In this document: piece by piece, positions 42,034-53,549 of the stretch
Layout of the letters: each line of letters starts with the position of its first letter
Numbering within the stretch: position 1 is the stretch's first letter
Assembly: GCA_963764475.1 (NCBI GenBank)
Contig: CAVXTE010000059.1
Span: 7,936 to 71,935, forward strand
From: an uncultured Bacteroidales bacterium
Lineage (GTDB): Bacteria; Bacteroidota; Bacteroidia; Bacteroidales; JAADJA01
Direction: 5' to 3'
Length of the DNA: 64,000 nt
Position numbers and translations under genes: made by a program
Notes under the pieces: model-generated
Database searches by the model: none
The model's input: only the letters and a program-made list of their open reading frames with translations
Told to the model about the DNA's origin: nothing

Positions 42034-42594
42034 CTATTTGGTTGTTGGCCCGCCCATTTTAGTCAAAATGCTATCGACCGGTTCCCAAAGTTCAATTTTG
42101 TTTCCTTCAGGATCCATGATGTGAACGAATTTGCCGTAATCATACATTTCAATTGTATCCAGAATTGTTACACCCTTTGCTTTGAGTATTCTAACCAGGC
42201 CTTCGATGTTTTGCACCCTGTAATTTATCATGAAATCCTTCCCCGAAGGTTCGAAGTAATCGGTTCCTTCCTCGAAGGGATTCCACCTGAGATAATTTAT
42301 TTCATCTGGTCTGTTGGCATTTCTGAATTCGAACGGCGAACCATAGTCATCGATAGCAAGCCCTAAGTTCTTGCCATACCATTCCCTGATCTCTTTCGGG
42401 TTTTTCGACCGGAAAAAAATTCCGCCTAAGCCTGTAACCTTTGGTATCGTATCATCCATAAGTGCTTCATTTTGTCCGGTTTGGTCCTTGATTTCATTTT
42501 TTACTGTTGAAGTTGTACAACTTACAGTTATAATTATCAGGAATAAAACAGTAGTTAGTTCTTTCATTTTTTTCAAATTACAGCTATAAGTCAA
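42034..42594 (-). CDS. VOC/glyoxalase-family lipoprotein
   Basis: KVTGLGGIFF; FMINYRV; YGKFVHIMDPEGNKIELWEP. Confidence 0.9.
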   Translation of the reverse strand: MTYSCNLKKMKELTTVLFLIIITVSCTTSTVKNEIKDQTGQNEALMDDTIPKVTGLGGIFFRSKNPKEIREWYGKNLGLAIDDYGSPFEFRNANRPDEINYLRWNPFEEGTDYFEPSGKDFMINYRVQNIEGLVRILKAKGVTILDTIEMYDYGKFVHIMDPEGNKIELWEPVDSILTKMGGPTTK

Positions 42595-42628
42595 TGTTTG
42601 TCATGCATTCGTGAAATGTATATTATTC

Positions 42629-42982
42629 TTATGGGATTGGTAAATGATGAAGTCTGAGAAAGGATAGTTTATCCCAATATCCTCTCTGAAACTTTATTTT
42701 TCCGTTCAGAATTTGAAAGAACCCGCAACCACGTAAACCCAGAGGGTCTTTCCACTCAAGTATCGCCCAGTCACCATCCTCAAATATATTCTCGATGAGA
42801 CAAGTCATTTTGGCTGCAGCAAACTCATCCTGAAACATTTTCCGGATTTTTTCTCTTCCTTCTACCGGATCATTTGGTACCTGGTGATTGACAGCGTCTT
42901 CATGATAAAGCAATGTGATTTCCTTCGAATCAGCACGATTAAAATGCTTTACCCATGTTTCAATCAGTTCTTTGTGTCGCAT
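42629..42982 (-). CDS. NTF2/SnoaL-like protein
   Basis: YHEDAVNHQV; WAILEWKDPLGLRGCGFF; FQRGYWD. Confidence 0.85.
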   Translation of the reverse strand: MRHKELIETWVKHFNRADSKEITLLYHEDAVNHQVPNDPVEGREKIRKMFQDEFAAAKMTCLIENIFEDGDWAILEWKDPLGLRGCGFFQILNGKIKFQRGYWDKLSFLRLHHLPIP

Positions 42983-43343
42983 TAGGATTTGCCCTTTCTT
43001 TCATCGTCACCTTAGTGTCGGTTTCAATTTTTACAATTTTAATCTCATTGAAAGCATTGATTTGAAAACCACAGCTCGCTTTTGAATTATTTAACATATA
43101 TGCAACTACAACATGCAGGCTGTCAATTTTAAAATTTTCATCAAGATTGATCGGTTTATAATCTGTGGAGTCAATTTCAATTATCCAGCCACATCCATCC
43201 ACAGCAGGATCACCATAATCTTTGACCAATCCTTTTTTCTCAAATATGTTCACTGTTGAATCATCGCTTGCTTTCTTGCAGCATGTGATTGTTACAAGGC
43301 TTATACCGAGTAAGATTGTGAGGACAAGATTTTTTGTTTTCAT
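42960..43343 (-). CDS. Hypothetical lipoprotein
   Basis: Lipoprotein-type signal (ITCCKK); AVDGCGW.I motif. Confidence 0.65.
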   Translation of the reverse strand: MKTKNLVLTILLGISLVTITCCKKASDDSTVNIFEKKGLVKDYGDPAVDGCGWIIEIDSTDYKPINLDENFKIDSLHVVVAYMLNNSKASCGFQINAFNEIKIVKIETDTKVTMKERANPNATQRTD

Positions 43344-43470
43344 AGATTTAAAACTTATTCATAGAACTCTGATGAAAATATCAATACCATCGAACACCCA
43401 ATACATTGTACTTTGCTCCAAGCCCTTTGCTTTTCAAATTATCACATCAGCACATCAAATAATTAATAAA

Positions 43471-45321
43471 TTATCTTTTCAGAACCAATTCCCTGTATTT
43501 GTTTTCATTCCACAGATCCATCATGGATTTAAATGCTTTATATTTTTCAACAGGGATGGTCCTTTCAGATATGAGCAATATCCGTGTAATTTTAATTTCA
43601 TTTCCATTTTGACTGATCGAGATGTTTAAGTAGCCAAAGTCATTTTTGCGTTCGATGTTTTCGGAAGAATTCAGCAATATCACACTGTCGGGTACTTTAA
43701 TCGTAATGTGACTCATTTCTTCGACCGGAAAGGGCAATTCCAGAGGTGTCGATCGTTTTTCATTCAGATAATGAATTCCCCACTTTTCGGAGCCTGCAGA
43801 GCTGAAAGGTATTTTATAAAAGGAATAGTTTTGTTCTGTTTTCAGAGCATTATCCGAATCTATTTTATAATTAACGACTGATCTCGACTGCGTACAATTA
43901 ACAAGTTTAGTGGAAGTAATCGATTCTTTCGATATTCCATTCACCAGTTTTTCGACTGCCACACTGTCTTTCTTCAGCATGTAAAATGGATTCGATTCTT
44001 CAAATAGCTGCATTTCAAGTGAACCGGATAATTTCAGCGAATCGTCAAGAAGGAGATTTGCGGTAATGAGTGCCTTGTTATCATATTTCCCGTCGATTTG
44101 CGTAATGGAAGGCTTTTGCGGATTGAAAAGAAGCACAGTATTACCTTTTAATGAATAAATGAGATTCTGGTCATTGGTTGAAATGGGCGAAAGATAAATT
44201 TGTTCCAGTTCGCGTGGGTTGGCCTGAACCAGAAATCGTCTGACCAATGGAAGGCAGCCGATGTTTTTATCATACAGCGAATCCGGAATAATTCCCACAG
44301 TTTCGGCATTGATACCCGCTTCACGAAGTAAAGCAGTCAGCAGGATGCATTTTTCGAACTCTGTGCCGCCGTTGCTTTCCCACGTTTCGATTGCTGTTCT
44401 TCCTGTAAATCCGGCATCGGAAAACGGAACCGGGTAATAGTTCACATCATTCACAACCATTGCCTGAAGATTTAAAAGTACATCCAGATCCGATTTGCTT
44501 TCTTTCTTCACTTTACGTACCGAGGACTTCATGCTTTCATCTGATTTGAACTGGAGCGCATGTTGCGAATCGAGGTAAATCATCGCTTCCGGCATTAAAA
44601 TCGTACTGAATGAGATTCCTGGTAAATGGATTCCTTCCTCCGGCTGGTAATTTTCGTGTGAATTTTCCTTGATATTCTGAAACGTAAAGGTATACTCCCT
44701 GGTATTTGAGCTTTCTGTCACAACAGGAACAACTGTGTTGTTAAAAACTTTGTAATTCAGTGTTTTTGCCAGTGGGACATGTATCCTGATCACCTCTTCC
44801 AGAACCGGAGAAGATTCGGTGAGGATTTCATCAGCCATCAGTGCCGGCCAGTATCCGGCATCGGTATGAATGACATAATCGAGATTAATGGTAGCATTCA
44901 ATTCAACACCCGAATGCGTAACTACCATTTCGCGCAGGTTATTATAAAAGGGTGCATCAGCAGCAAAATGCGGCAATACTTCGTTGAATGCATTGCCGGG
45001 AGAAGGGACTACGGTTCCGTCCTGCTGCGTTACAAAGGCCGAATTGATCTTGAGTGTCTGGTGATCCGGATTGTAAACAATAAAACTTTCACCATACAGC
45101 CGGTTAAATGAAAAATAAGTCAACAGTTTCAGCTTTTTGTAATAATGAAAGTCGATGCTGCCGTCGTTTTTCAGCGTATACTCTTTAACGATCTTTTCAT
45201 AAACAGCATCCGATTGCGTTAATTTTTGTGCAGAGAGTCCCGATAATGCAAGTACACAAACGAGAGTGATTAAAATTTTATTCATTGCTGACGGATTTGG
45301 ATGAATTGGTTTGATTTTCAA
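43471..45321 (-). CDS. DUF3857 / transglutaminase-like protein (catalytic Cys apparently absent)
   Basis: GGTEFEKCILLTALLREAGI; paired with the upstream paralog. Confidence 0.8.
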   Translation of the reverse strand: MKIKPIHPNPSAMNKILITLVCVLALSGLSAQKLTQSDAVYEKIVKEYTLKNDGSIDFHYYKKLKLLTYFSFNRLYGESFIVYNPDHQTLKINSAFVTQQDGTVVPSPGNAFNEVLPHFAADAPFYNNLREMVVTHSGVELNATINLDYVIHTDAGYWPALMADEILTESSPVLEEVIRIHVPLAKTLNYKVFNNTVVPVVTESSNTREYTFTFQNIKENSHENYQPEEGIHLPGISFSTILMPEAMIYLDSQHALQFKSDESMKSSVRKVKKESKSDLDVLLNLQAMVVNDVNYYPVPFSDAGFTGRTAIETWESNGGTEFEKCILLTALLREAGINAETVGIIPDSLYDKNIGCLPLVRRFLVQANPRELEQIYLSPISTNDQNLIYSLKGNTVLLFNPQKPSITQIDGKYDNKALITANLLLDDSLKLSGSLEMQLFEESNPFYMLKKDSVAVEKLVNGISKESITSTKLVNCTQSRSVVNYKIDSDNALKTEQNYSFYKIPFSSAGSEKWGIHYLNEKRSTPLELPFPVEEMSHITIKVPDSVILLNSSENIERKNDFGYLNISISQNGNEIKITRILLISERTIPVEKYKAFKSMMDLWNENKYRELVLKR

Positions 45322-47293
45322 TTTTTAAAATGACAGGTTCATTTGCAATTTTATTTTGCGACTCGACGGCTTCTTTGAATGAACCCCAATCTTCCGGCTC
45401 ATAAATTCGCTTCATAAATTTCAGGTTTTCAGCAACAGTCAGGGTTTTTCCTTCCATACTGTAACCACCTTTAAAAGATGCCCCGGTTCCGCTCATCATG
45501 GGCGTATCGGGCTGATAGATGAGTGTTGCATTTTTTGGCAGGGTTACAGATTCTTCAATTTGAACCTGCCGTGAACAACGATCGCGAAATGCAAATTTCC
45601 GGTCATTGATTCCCGTTGACAGATAAAGATGCCCCATGGCTCGTTTAAATATCTCTGAAACAGTAACTGGTGTCAGAATGATCTCCTGATCGGTAACCAG
45701 CGCATAATCCGGAATTTTATATTTAATGGAGAGATTGATCGGTCCTTTCATATAATTATACGGATCGCCGAAATCCATTTTAACAATTTGTGCCTGGGGA
45801 AATATCCTGAGAAGTTCGCTTTCTAGGGCCGTACTCCAGTTCGACTTATAGTTGCTGGTAAACATGTGGCGAATTGCAGCATCCGATTGGCCTTCGGCTT
45901 CGATGGTAATTGTTCCTTCCAGTGTTCCGTCACTTTTCAGAGTTGATTTCCCTTTGATATCGACATAATGATTTGACGGTGGGGATAGCGGTGTAATTGC
46001 TAAATCGGCTCCTTCAGGAACACCCATCAGGTAATTCTGCTGCTGTTCGGCACTTGACCACAGTTCCCTGACGAAAGGCACCCAGGTCGGATCGAGCAAA
46101 TGGTATTTCCCATCAGAAAGTTTAACGACGGTCACACTGTGGTTGAACTGGTCGGCAGGAATGTAATCGATCCGTGAACCGGCCATGGTCATCGCCGGAT
46201 AGGATTCAAATCCGGCAGCACGAAGCATAGTGATCAGCATCCCGGCTTTATCCTTGCAGACACCACAACGGTCGGAAAAGGTCATTTCTCCTTTGTGCAA
46301 AGTATAGCCTTCACCGCATCCCATGGAGATCCCCGAATAACGAATGTTGTCAGCAACCCAGTGAGTCAGCCTTGAAACCGAATCCATTTCATTTTCAGCT
46401 CCATTTAAAATCTCCGCAACTTTAGCATCGATGGCTGGTGTCGACTGAAAACTGCCGTAATCCTCATTGACGCCGTAAAACCATTTTGATTTCGCGAACC
46501 AGTCGGGGCTGGTGGATAAAAGCAGTTTCGGAAACACATCCGAAGCAGCAACCATATTGGATTCATGAGTTGGCTCAGAAAAATCGGATTTAGTAAAAGT
46601 ATAAACCCATTTGTCCTTTTCGGGAACGACTGATGAACGGACTTCCCCGTTATAAACTTCGTATTGTAATGTTTTATCCTTTGGCAGCAAAACCTGGTAT
46701 ACTTTTTCAACAACCGGATTTTTACTCCAGAATTCAACAATATCATAAAATTGGCCTTTCATGGGCGGGATGTATTTTGAATCGTCGTCATCCTGTTGCA
46801 GCAGGGCATAGGTAAACCCTTTTCTGAAAAGCGATATTTCGATGGCATCTCCCGGTTCGAGCCTGCCGACGCCGATCATTTTTTCGCGTGCTCCCCAGTA
46901 GATCATCCGTGCTGGAGCAGGATAATCCTTTGTGTCTGCAAGATCAAGGTCGGTTACCTCGCCGGAATTTCGATATATCGTCACTTTCCTGATCTCAACC
47001 CAGGCCGAAAGCGGATCGTAACCGATCTTTACTACAGCATTGTCTTTGGCACCTTTGGCACTCAAAATCTTAATGAGTTTATGCATGGTTACATAACTCA
47101 GACCGGACTCCTGTACATCCACCGTTGTGCTGTCGAACAGGATCAGCTCCGATTTTCCGGGATAGGTTTTGGCATCTCCTGCAGTTGACAGCAATGTCTG
47201 TATTTTCGGATCGGCCTGGAGGGAATACCCGATCAGCAGGAACAGAACAATAACATTCAGTTGTTTCATAAGAATAAAATTATTTTCCAACAA
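45278..47293 (-). CDS. DUF3857 plus transglutaminase domain protein
   Basis: NIRYSG; GVCKDKAGML; FNH; LDPT catalytic triad motifs. Confidence 0.88.
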   Translation of the reverse strand: MLENNFILMKQLNVIVLFLLIGYSLQADPKIQTLLSTAGDAKTYPGKSELILFDSTTVDVQESGLSYVTMHKLIKILSAKGAKDNAVVKIGYDPLSAWVEIRKVTIYRNSGEVTDLDLADTKDYPAPARMIYWGAREKMIGVGRLEPGDAIEISLFRKGFTYALLQQDDDDSKYIPPMKGQFYDIVEFWSKNPVVEKVYQVLLPKDKTLQYEVYNGEVRSSVVPEKDKWVYTFTKSDFSEPTHESNMVAASDVFPKLLLSTSPDWFAKSKWFYGVNEDYGSFQSTPAIDAKVAEILNGAENEMDSVSRLTHWVADNIRYSGISMGCGEGYTLHKGEMTFSDRCGVCKDKAGMLITMLRAAGFESYPAMTMAGSRIDYIPADQFNHSVTVVKLSDGKYHLLDPTWVPFVRELWSSAEQQQNYLMGVPEGADLAITPLSPPSNHYVDIKGKSTLKSDGTLEGTITIEAEGQSDAAIRHMFTSNYKSNWSTALESELLRIFPQAQIVKMDFGDPYNYMKGPINLSIKYKIPDYALVTDQEIILTPVTVSEIFKRAMGHLYLSTGINDRKFAFRDRCSRQVQIEESVTLPKNATLIYQPDTPMMSGTGASFKGGYSMEGKTLTVAENLKFMKRIYEPEDWGSFKEAVESQNKIANEPVILKIENQTNSSKSVSNE

Positions 47294-47346
47294 AGCGATA
47301 AAACGGATACAATATTAGAAAATAATTTAGATGATCGGAAAGAATA

Positions 47347-48057
47347 TTATTTCATGGGAACTTCCATCAGCAGGATTTGGGATTTTTGCCTGAATTTAAA
47401 ATCGAGCGAACTTGTTTCCCATATCCCTAAACCGTCACGTTTTTCTATTGTTTCATTTGCCACATCTGCTTTTCCTTCAATCATAAAGATGTACAGTCCG
47501 TTTTCCGGATCATGAAAACTGTAACTGAGTTCATTTTCGGCATTTGTTACAGCCATCGAAAACCATGCATTTTGAAAAATTTTCAGGCTGTTCCCTATGC
47601 CTTCAGGTGAGACGATCAGTTCGAATTTGTTTTCCAGGGTTTCAAATGGAAATGCTTTTTGATCGTACCGAGGTTGAATATCCCTGACCTTCGGGAAAAC
47701 CCATATTTGCAGAAAGTTTACCGGCTCGGTTTGAGAATGGTTGTATTCGGAATGGTAAATCCCGGTTCCGGCCGACATGATCTGTACATCGTGTTCCCTG
47801 ATCACCTGTTCCAGACCTGTACTGTCCTTATGCTTAAGTGCGCCCTGCAGGGGAATAGAGATGATCTCCATGTTGTTGTGAGGATGCGTACTGAACCCTT
47901 TTGCAGGTTCCACAATATCATCATTCAAGACACGAAGCAACCCGAAATGCATTCTGTCAGGATCATAATAGTCGGCAAAACTGAACGTATGCCTGCTCAA
48001 CAGCCAGCCATGATCAGCAAGACCTCGCGTTGACGACCTGTGAAGTATTTTTTTCAT
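47347..48057 (-). CDS. Pirin family protein
   Basis: RGLADHGWL.SRHTFSFA.Y; HPH.NMEI; MSAGTGI.HSE; LQIW. Confidence 0.93.
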   Translation of the reverse strand: MKKILHRSSTRGLADHGWLLSRHTFSFADYYDPDRMHFGLLRVLNDDIVEPAKGFSTHPHNNMEIISIPLQGALKHKDSTGLEQVIREHDVQIMSAGTGIYHSEYNHSQTEPVNFLQIWVFPKVRDIQPRYDQKAFPFETLENKFELIVSPEGIGNSLKIFQNAWFSMAVTNAENELSYSFHDPENGLYIFMIEGKADVANETIEKRDGLGIWETSSLDFKFRQKSQILLMEVPMK

Positions 48058-48296
48058 GAGAGAACGATTGATGTGTCTTCTCAACAGAAACTTTTTACAA
48101 TGGTTCAATCTTGTAATATTTTAATGTACTTTTGCAGTGCAAAAGAAGTTCATGTTTTTCACAGGTAAATTGCCTGCAATTGCCTGTAATTCATAGTTAA
48201 TTATTAATATTTATCAACAGGAAGTATAAAAAAGACCATATGACGCTATCTTTGTTACGTCTTAGTGGATTAAAAAACCATAAAAAAACAAACATC

Positions 48297-50028
48297 ATGA
48301 AGAAACATTACAGTTTTTCGCTGGTCGTAATATTAATTTATTTGAGCAGCTGTATTTCAACCAAATTGCCGGAATCGTATAAAGTGACGCCGGAAGTTCT
48401 GGCGGCAAAAGGAGGAAAAGTCGCATTTAAAGTTGACGGGACAGTACCGGCAAAATCTTTCAATAAAAAAGCCACCGTCGAATTTTCACCTTACCTTAAA
48501 TACGGTGGTCAAACCAAAGATCTGAAACCCTTCACACTCAGAGGAGAAAAAACTGAAGGCGAAGGCACCGTCATCAACTCAAAAACAGGTGGCAGCTTTA
48601 CTTATAACGAAGAATTTGACTATACCGAAGACATGAAGGTAGCTGAACTTTATGTTAATGCTAAGATCACAAAAGGTGGAGGTGTGAAAAATATAAATGA
48701 CATCAAACTGGCAGACGGTATAATTGCAACATACGGTGATATCGAGCACGATGAAGAATTGATGTATGCGCCCTCAGGATATGAAAAAGTGACACTTGCC
48801 TCTGAAAATGCTACAATTTATTTCAAGGTAAACATCGCGAAGTATGAAAAAAACCTGGCATTGAACACAACCGATCAATCCAAAGAAAGAATGCAAAAGC
48901 TGGATGACCTGCTGATGAAAGGCTGGGATATTAAAGACATCACGATCGATGCATGGGCTTCTCCTGAAGGTGAAATCAATTTCAATGATCACTTAGCCGA
49001 TGACCGCGCCAAGACTGGCCAGAAGTTCATGGATGCCAAACTCGATAAAATGTACAAGGATATGGCAAAGAAAATGGGCAAAAAAGTTAAGGATATTGAA
49101 AAAGAGCCCGAATTCAAAGCAACAGGCCACGGTGAAGACTGGGACGGTTTTCTGAAAGCCGTTACCAATTCGAATATTAAAGATAAAAACCAGATTCTGA
49201 ATGTGATCAATTCTCAATCGGATGCCAACATGCGTGAGCAGGAAATCAGAAATATGACTGTGATTTATAAAGAAATCGAAGAAAATATTCTCCCTCCGCT
49301 CCGCCGTGCCGAGATTAAATTGACCTGTTTCGAACCGAAAAAAACAGACGAACAGATTGCTAAACTGGCTACTTCAAGTCCCGATTCACTGAATTATAAA
49401 GAAATCCTGCATGCGGCTACACTCACAAATGACCCTAACATAAAATATTCTATTTACAAATCTGCCTTTACCAATCCTGACAGAGACTGGAAAGCCTATA
49501 ATAATGCGGCTGCTGAAGCCCTTGTTTTAGGTAAAGACAATGAAGCGGATAACTTGCTTGTTCAGGCTTCAAAGCTGGATCAGAAAAACGGAAAGATTGA
49601 AAACAACATGGGTGTTTCTGCCATGAGGAAGGGTGATGTCGAAACTGCTGAAAAACATTTTCTGGCAGCTCAGTCATATGGTGAAAACGAAAATTATAAC
49701 CTGGGTGTGGTAAATATTCGTGAAAGGAGATTATTCCAAAGCGATGAATTTCCTGAAAGTGGCTACATGCAAACAAAATGTCGGATTGGCACAAATGCTT
49801 GGCGGTAATATGAACGATGCGCTCAAAAACCTGAAGTGTGCTCCCGAAACTGCAATGACCGATTACCTGATCGCCGTATATGGCGCCCGAACAAAAAATG
49901 CGGATATGGTTTATGAGTATCTTGGCAAAGCTGTAAAACTGGATAGCTCGCTTAAAGCCAAGGCTTCAGAAGATCGTGAATTCATAAAATATTACAACGA
50001 AGAGGCTTTTAAAAGCCTTGTGAAGTAA
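48297..50028 (+). CDS. Conserved Bacteroidota TPR lipoprotein, frameshifted near 49720
   Basis: Lipobox LSSC; VTPEVL; WASPEG; GEDW.GF; LRRA; TPRs continue in 49720..50028. Confidence 0.8.
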
Positions 50029-50047
50029 AAAAATGAACATCCATTTG

Positions 50048-50076
50048 AACCCCGGAAGTAGTTTCGGGGTTTTTTT
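50048..50076 (+). terminator. Intrinsic terminator
   Basis: AACCCCGGA...TTCGGGGTT followed by a T-run. Confidence 0.75.
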
Positions 50077-50132
50077 ATGTGCCTTTGTCAGTAAATGGCC
50101 ACATGACTAGCCGAATTTAAAATTATACTACT

Positions 50133-51095
50133 ATGGATTCATTGTATGATCACATTCCTTCTCTCGACCTGAACCATTTTAGAAAGGGTTCACCCGAACA
50201 AAAAAATGAATTTGTCAACCAGTTAGGACGTGCCTGGAACGATATAGGCTTTGTTGCAGTTAAAAACCATGGACTGGATGAGAAGATACGGCAGCATTTG
50301 TATGATGCTGTACAGCAATTTTTTTCATTGCCCGATGACGTAAAAGTCAAATACGAAGATCCGAAAATACAGGGTCAGCGGGGTTATATCAGCAAAATGA
50401 AAGAACATGCAAAAGGCAATGATTCGCCTGACCTGAAGGAGTTTTATCATATTGGCCAGTTGTTCGATCCTGATGATCCCGATACAGTAGAATATCCGGC
50501 AAATATTTTTCCTGCTGAAGTCGGTGATTTCGAAACATACGGATTGCTGGCCTACAGCCTTCTTGAACTGGCAGGAATTGACATTTTGCGTGCTGTTGCG
50601 ATTTATCTGGATCTCGATGAAAATTTCTTTGATGACAAAGTTAGAAACGGCAATAGTATTTTGCGTCCTATCCATTATTTCCCCATCTTTGACGCATCCA
50701 GTCTTCCCCCGAATGCGGTGAGAGCTGCCCAGCATACCGACATCAACCTGATCACACTTTTGATGGGTGCCAGTGCCGAAGGTTTACAGGTACTTCGAAG
50801 AGACGGTAAATGGATTCCGATTACAGCATTGCCCGAACAGATTGTCGTGAATGTTGGTGACATGCTTTCACGGCTGACCAACAACAAGCTTAAATCGACA
50901 GTTCACCGGGTCGTAAATCCGCCAAAGGATATGCTGCACATCCCGCGATTTTCTATTCCGTTTTTTATGCATCCGAAGTCTGCGATGGACTTGTCATGCC
51001 TGCCTGAATGCATCGATGAAACCCATCCGAAAAAGTTTAAAGATATTACTGCAGGCGATTTTTTACAACAGCGTTTAAAAGAAATCGGGTTCTGA
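50133..51095 (+). CDS. Isopenicillin N synthase-like 2OG-Fe(II) oxygenase
   Basis: IGFVAVKNHG; HTDINLITLL; HRV; RFSIPFF. Confidence 0.92.
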   Translation: MDSLYDHIPSLDLNHFRKGSPEQKNEFVNQLGRAWNDIGFVAVKNHGLDEKIRQHLYDAVQQFFSLPDDVKVKYEDPKIQGQRGYISKMKEHAKGNDSPDLKEFYHIGQLFDPDDPDTVEYPANIFPAEVGDFETYGLLAYSLLELAGIDILRAVAIYLDLDENFFDDKVRNGNSILRPIHYFPIFDASSLPPNAVRAAQHTDINLITLLMGASAEGLQVLRRDGKWIPITALPEQIVVNVGDMLSRLTNNKLKSTVHRVVNPPKDMLHIPRFSIPFFMHPKSAMDLSCLPECIDETHPKKFKDITAGDFLQQRLKEIGF

Positions 51096-51102
51096 TCGGT
51101 TA

Positions 51103-51152
51103 AGTTCACCCTGATCATTCTGAATTTCACCTTCCGAATTCTTCACTTCACA
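51103..51152 (+). promoter_or_regulatory. Three LytTR-box-like direct repeats with 21-bp period
   Basis: AGTTCACC / ATTTCACC / ACTTCACA at 51103, 51124 and 51145, upstream of a TAATTTTG -7 element; a LytTR regulator lies nearby. Confidence 0.6.
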
Positions 51153-51236
51153 GGTTTCTGCTTCCACAGGGCATTTCGGCGTGTTAATTTTGGTTCAAAT
51201 TTAATTCATTTAATGTTTAATTTAAATCTTTGAATC

Positions 51237-51614
51237 ATGAAAACACAAATTTTAACAATCGCACTCGCAACTTTAGGAATGGTTGCTTTTTCACAGACAG
51301 CTAATGACAGATCAGCCGATAAGGCAGCAACAAAAAAAAGTGATGTAAAATGCATGATCGTTCAGACCGATGATGACATGGTGACCGTTCTGTTCGATAA
51401 AAAAGCAGGTGATCCTGTTAAGATCAAGGTTCTTGAAAACAAAAACGGTGTTCTTTATACCAAAAGAATAAAGAAAGGAACAGGCGGAAGAATTAAATAC
51501 GACATCAGTCAGTTCCCGGCAGGCACCTATGTTTTCGAACTGGTGAAAGACAAAAAGGTAATTTATTCGAAAGAAGTTACCCGCGAAACCAACATGATGG
51601 CGGCCAGTAATTAA
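51237..51614 (+). CDS. Small secreted beta-sandwich protein
   Basis: Signal peptide; YDISQFPAGTYVFEL. Confidence 0.7.
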   Translation: MKTQILTIALATLGMVAFSQTANDRSADKAATKKSDVKCMIVQTDDDMVTVLFDKKAGDPVKIKVLENKNGVLYTKRIKKGTGGRIKYDISQFPAGTYVFELVKDKKVIYSKEVTRETNMMAASN

Positions 51615-51744
51615 AATGGCCGAAGGTTTCGATTGAAAAAATTATTTGTTCTTTGAAATCATTTATCGGGTTAACTAAGCCAATAATTGTAAATTTGGTT
51701 GGTCAAACAGCAATTTCAAACCGGAAAATGGAGAATATCAGGTA

Positions 51745-52785
51745 ATGAATGACCGGATCATCCTAAACAAATGGCTGAGGTGGGGGCTCATCTTCACACT
51801 AGGAATCGTAGCCCGGTTTATCCTGGATGTTGTTTACAGCCTGATGTACCGGAACTATTTTCTCTTTCAGCCAATAAAAGGATACCTGTTTGCAATCCTG
51901 ATCACGTTCGGTATATTTGAAACCGTTCGGATGATCAAGAACCGGCTGGATAAAAACAAACCATGGGATTCAAATCCATACAGAAGATTTGTTGTCCAGT
52001 TACTTTCTGCAGTGGGAGTTGGGTTGTTTTATGCAGGAATACTCAGATGGATCGTCGAATTCCTTTTTATCAGGATCAGTTATATAAATTTTGACGATGA
52101 ACTGGTGATTGTGGTACTGGTAGTAGTAGGGACAACTGCTCTTACGGTGTTCGATCTGGGAGTATACCTGTTACGAAAATGGCGGTTTTCGCTTGCCGAA
52201 CTGGAACGGTTCAAAAAAGAAAATGCAGAATTTCAGTTCGAGACATTGCGCTCACAAGTCAATCCGCATTTCCTGTTCAACAGTTTGAATACCTTGTCTG
52301 CACTTGTTTTTCAGGATCAGGAAAAAGCCGGCCTTTTTATCCGTGAGCTTTCGGATGTATACCGGTACATTCTCGAAAACAGGAACAAGGAGCTGGTAAA
52401 CCTGGAAGAGGAACTAAAGGTAGCACGTTCATATATTTACCTGGTTCAACTTAGGTTTGAACAACGGCTTAATGTGATCATCGATATTCCCGAAAATATG
52501 AAGGATGCTATGATCGCACCACTTACTCTGCAATTGCTTATCGAAAACGCGGTGAAACACAATGTGATCTCGAAAAACAAGCCGCTGACCATAAAGGTTT
52601 ATACTGATGATAACTGGCTGGTCGTTCTCAATAATCTGCAAAAAAAAGAAGTTCACGAATTTTCATCGGAACTTGGATTGAAGAACATTCGGAGCCGGTA
52701 TCAGTTTCTGAGCAGCAACAAGGTTGAGGTGATTGAAAATGCATCCGAATTTAAAGTCAGAATACCCTTAATAAAAGCATTATGA
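51745..52785 (+). CDS. LytS-family sensor histidine kinase
   Basis: LRSQVNPHFLFNSLN; LSDVYRY; LQLLIENAVKHN; GLKNI..RY. Confidence 0.93.
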   Translation: MNDRIILNKWLRWGLIFTLGIVARFILDVVYSLMYRNYFLFQPIKGYLFAILITFGIFETVRMIKNRLDKNKPWDSNPYRRFVVQLLSAVGVGLFYAGILRWIVEFLFIRISYINFDDELVIVVLVVVGTTALTVFDLGVYLLRKWRFSLAELERFKKENAEFQFETLRSQVNPHFLFNSLNTLSALVFQDQEKAGLFIRELSDVYRYILENRNKELVNLEEELKVARSYIYLVQLRFEQRLNVIIDIPENMKDAMIAPLTLQLLIENAVKHNVISKNKPLTIKVYTDDNWLVVLNNLQKKEVHEFSSELGLKNIRSRYQFLSSNKVEVIENASEFKVRIPLIKAL

Positions 52786-53549
52786 AAGTATTGATCGTAG
52801 AAGATGAACCCTTTGCACAAAATGAACTGAAACGTTTGCTCGAAAAAACACGATTCAGCGTCGATGTTCTGGAATGCACGGATTCAGTTGAGGATACAGT
52901 GGAGTGGCTTAAGAATAATGCGGCTCCCGACCTCATCTTTCTCGATATCCAGCTTTCGGACGGACTGAGTTTTGAAATTTTCAAGCAAATAAAGGTTTCG
53001 GCTCCGATTATTTTTACGACGGCATTCGATGAATATGCGATAAGGGCATTTAAACTGAACAGCATCGATTATTTGCTGAAGCCGATCAAACAGGATGATT
53101 TGGAACAAGCACTTGACAAATTGGAAACACTGAAAAAACACTATGAAAAGGGTGGGACCGGGCTGGATTCGGAAACGATTGAAAAATTGCTCAATTTTAA
53201 AAAACCTGAATACAAATCACGGTTCATTGCAAAAATCGGTGATCAGATCAAGTATATCGACATAAAGGATGTGGCTTACTTTTATGCAGAAGACAATGAA
53301 GTTTTTCTGATCACCAGGACCAAAAACCGCTATATCATTGAATTTAAACTCGACCAACTCGAAAAATTGCTCGATCCGCTACAGTATTACAGAATTAACC
53401 GAAGCTACATTGTTTACATTGGTTCGATAATGAAGATCAACAAATATTTTAACAGCAGGCTGCATCTTGAGTTATCACCCGAAACAAATGAAGAGGTATT
53501 GATCAGCCGGGTAAAGGTCCCGGAATTTTTAAAATGGATGGATAAATAA
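52782..53549 (+). CDS. LytTR response regulator
   Basis: REC domain (VEDE, FLDIQL, FTTA, LLKP) plus LytTR domain (YRINRSYIV). Confidence 0.95.
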   Translation: MKVLIVEDEPFAQNELKRLLEKTRFSVDVLECTDSVEDTVEWLKNNAAPDLIFLDIQLSDGLSFEIFKQIKVSAPIIFTTAFDEYAIRAFKLNSIDYLLKPIKQDDLEQALDKLETLKKHYEKGGTGLDSETIEKLLNFKKPEYKSRFIAKIGDQIKYIDIKDVAYFYAEDNEVFLITRTKNRYIIEFKLDQLEKLLDPLQYYRINRSYIVYIGSIMKINKYFNSRLHLELSPETNEEVLISRVKVPEFLKWMDK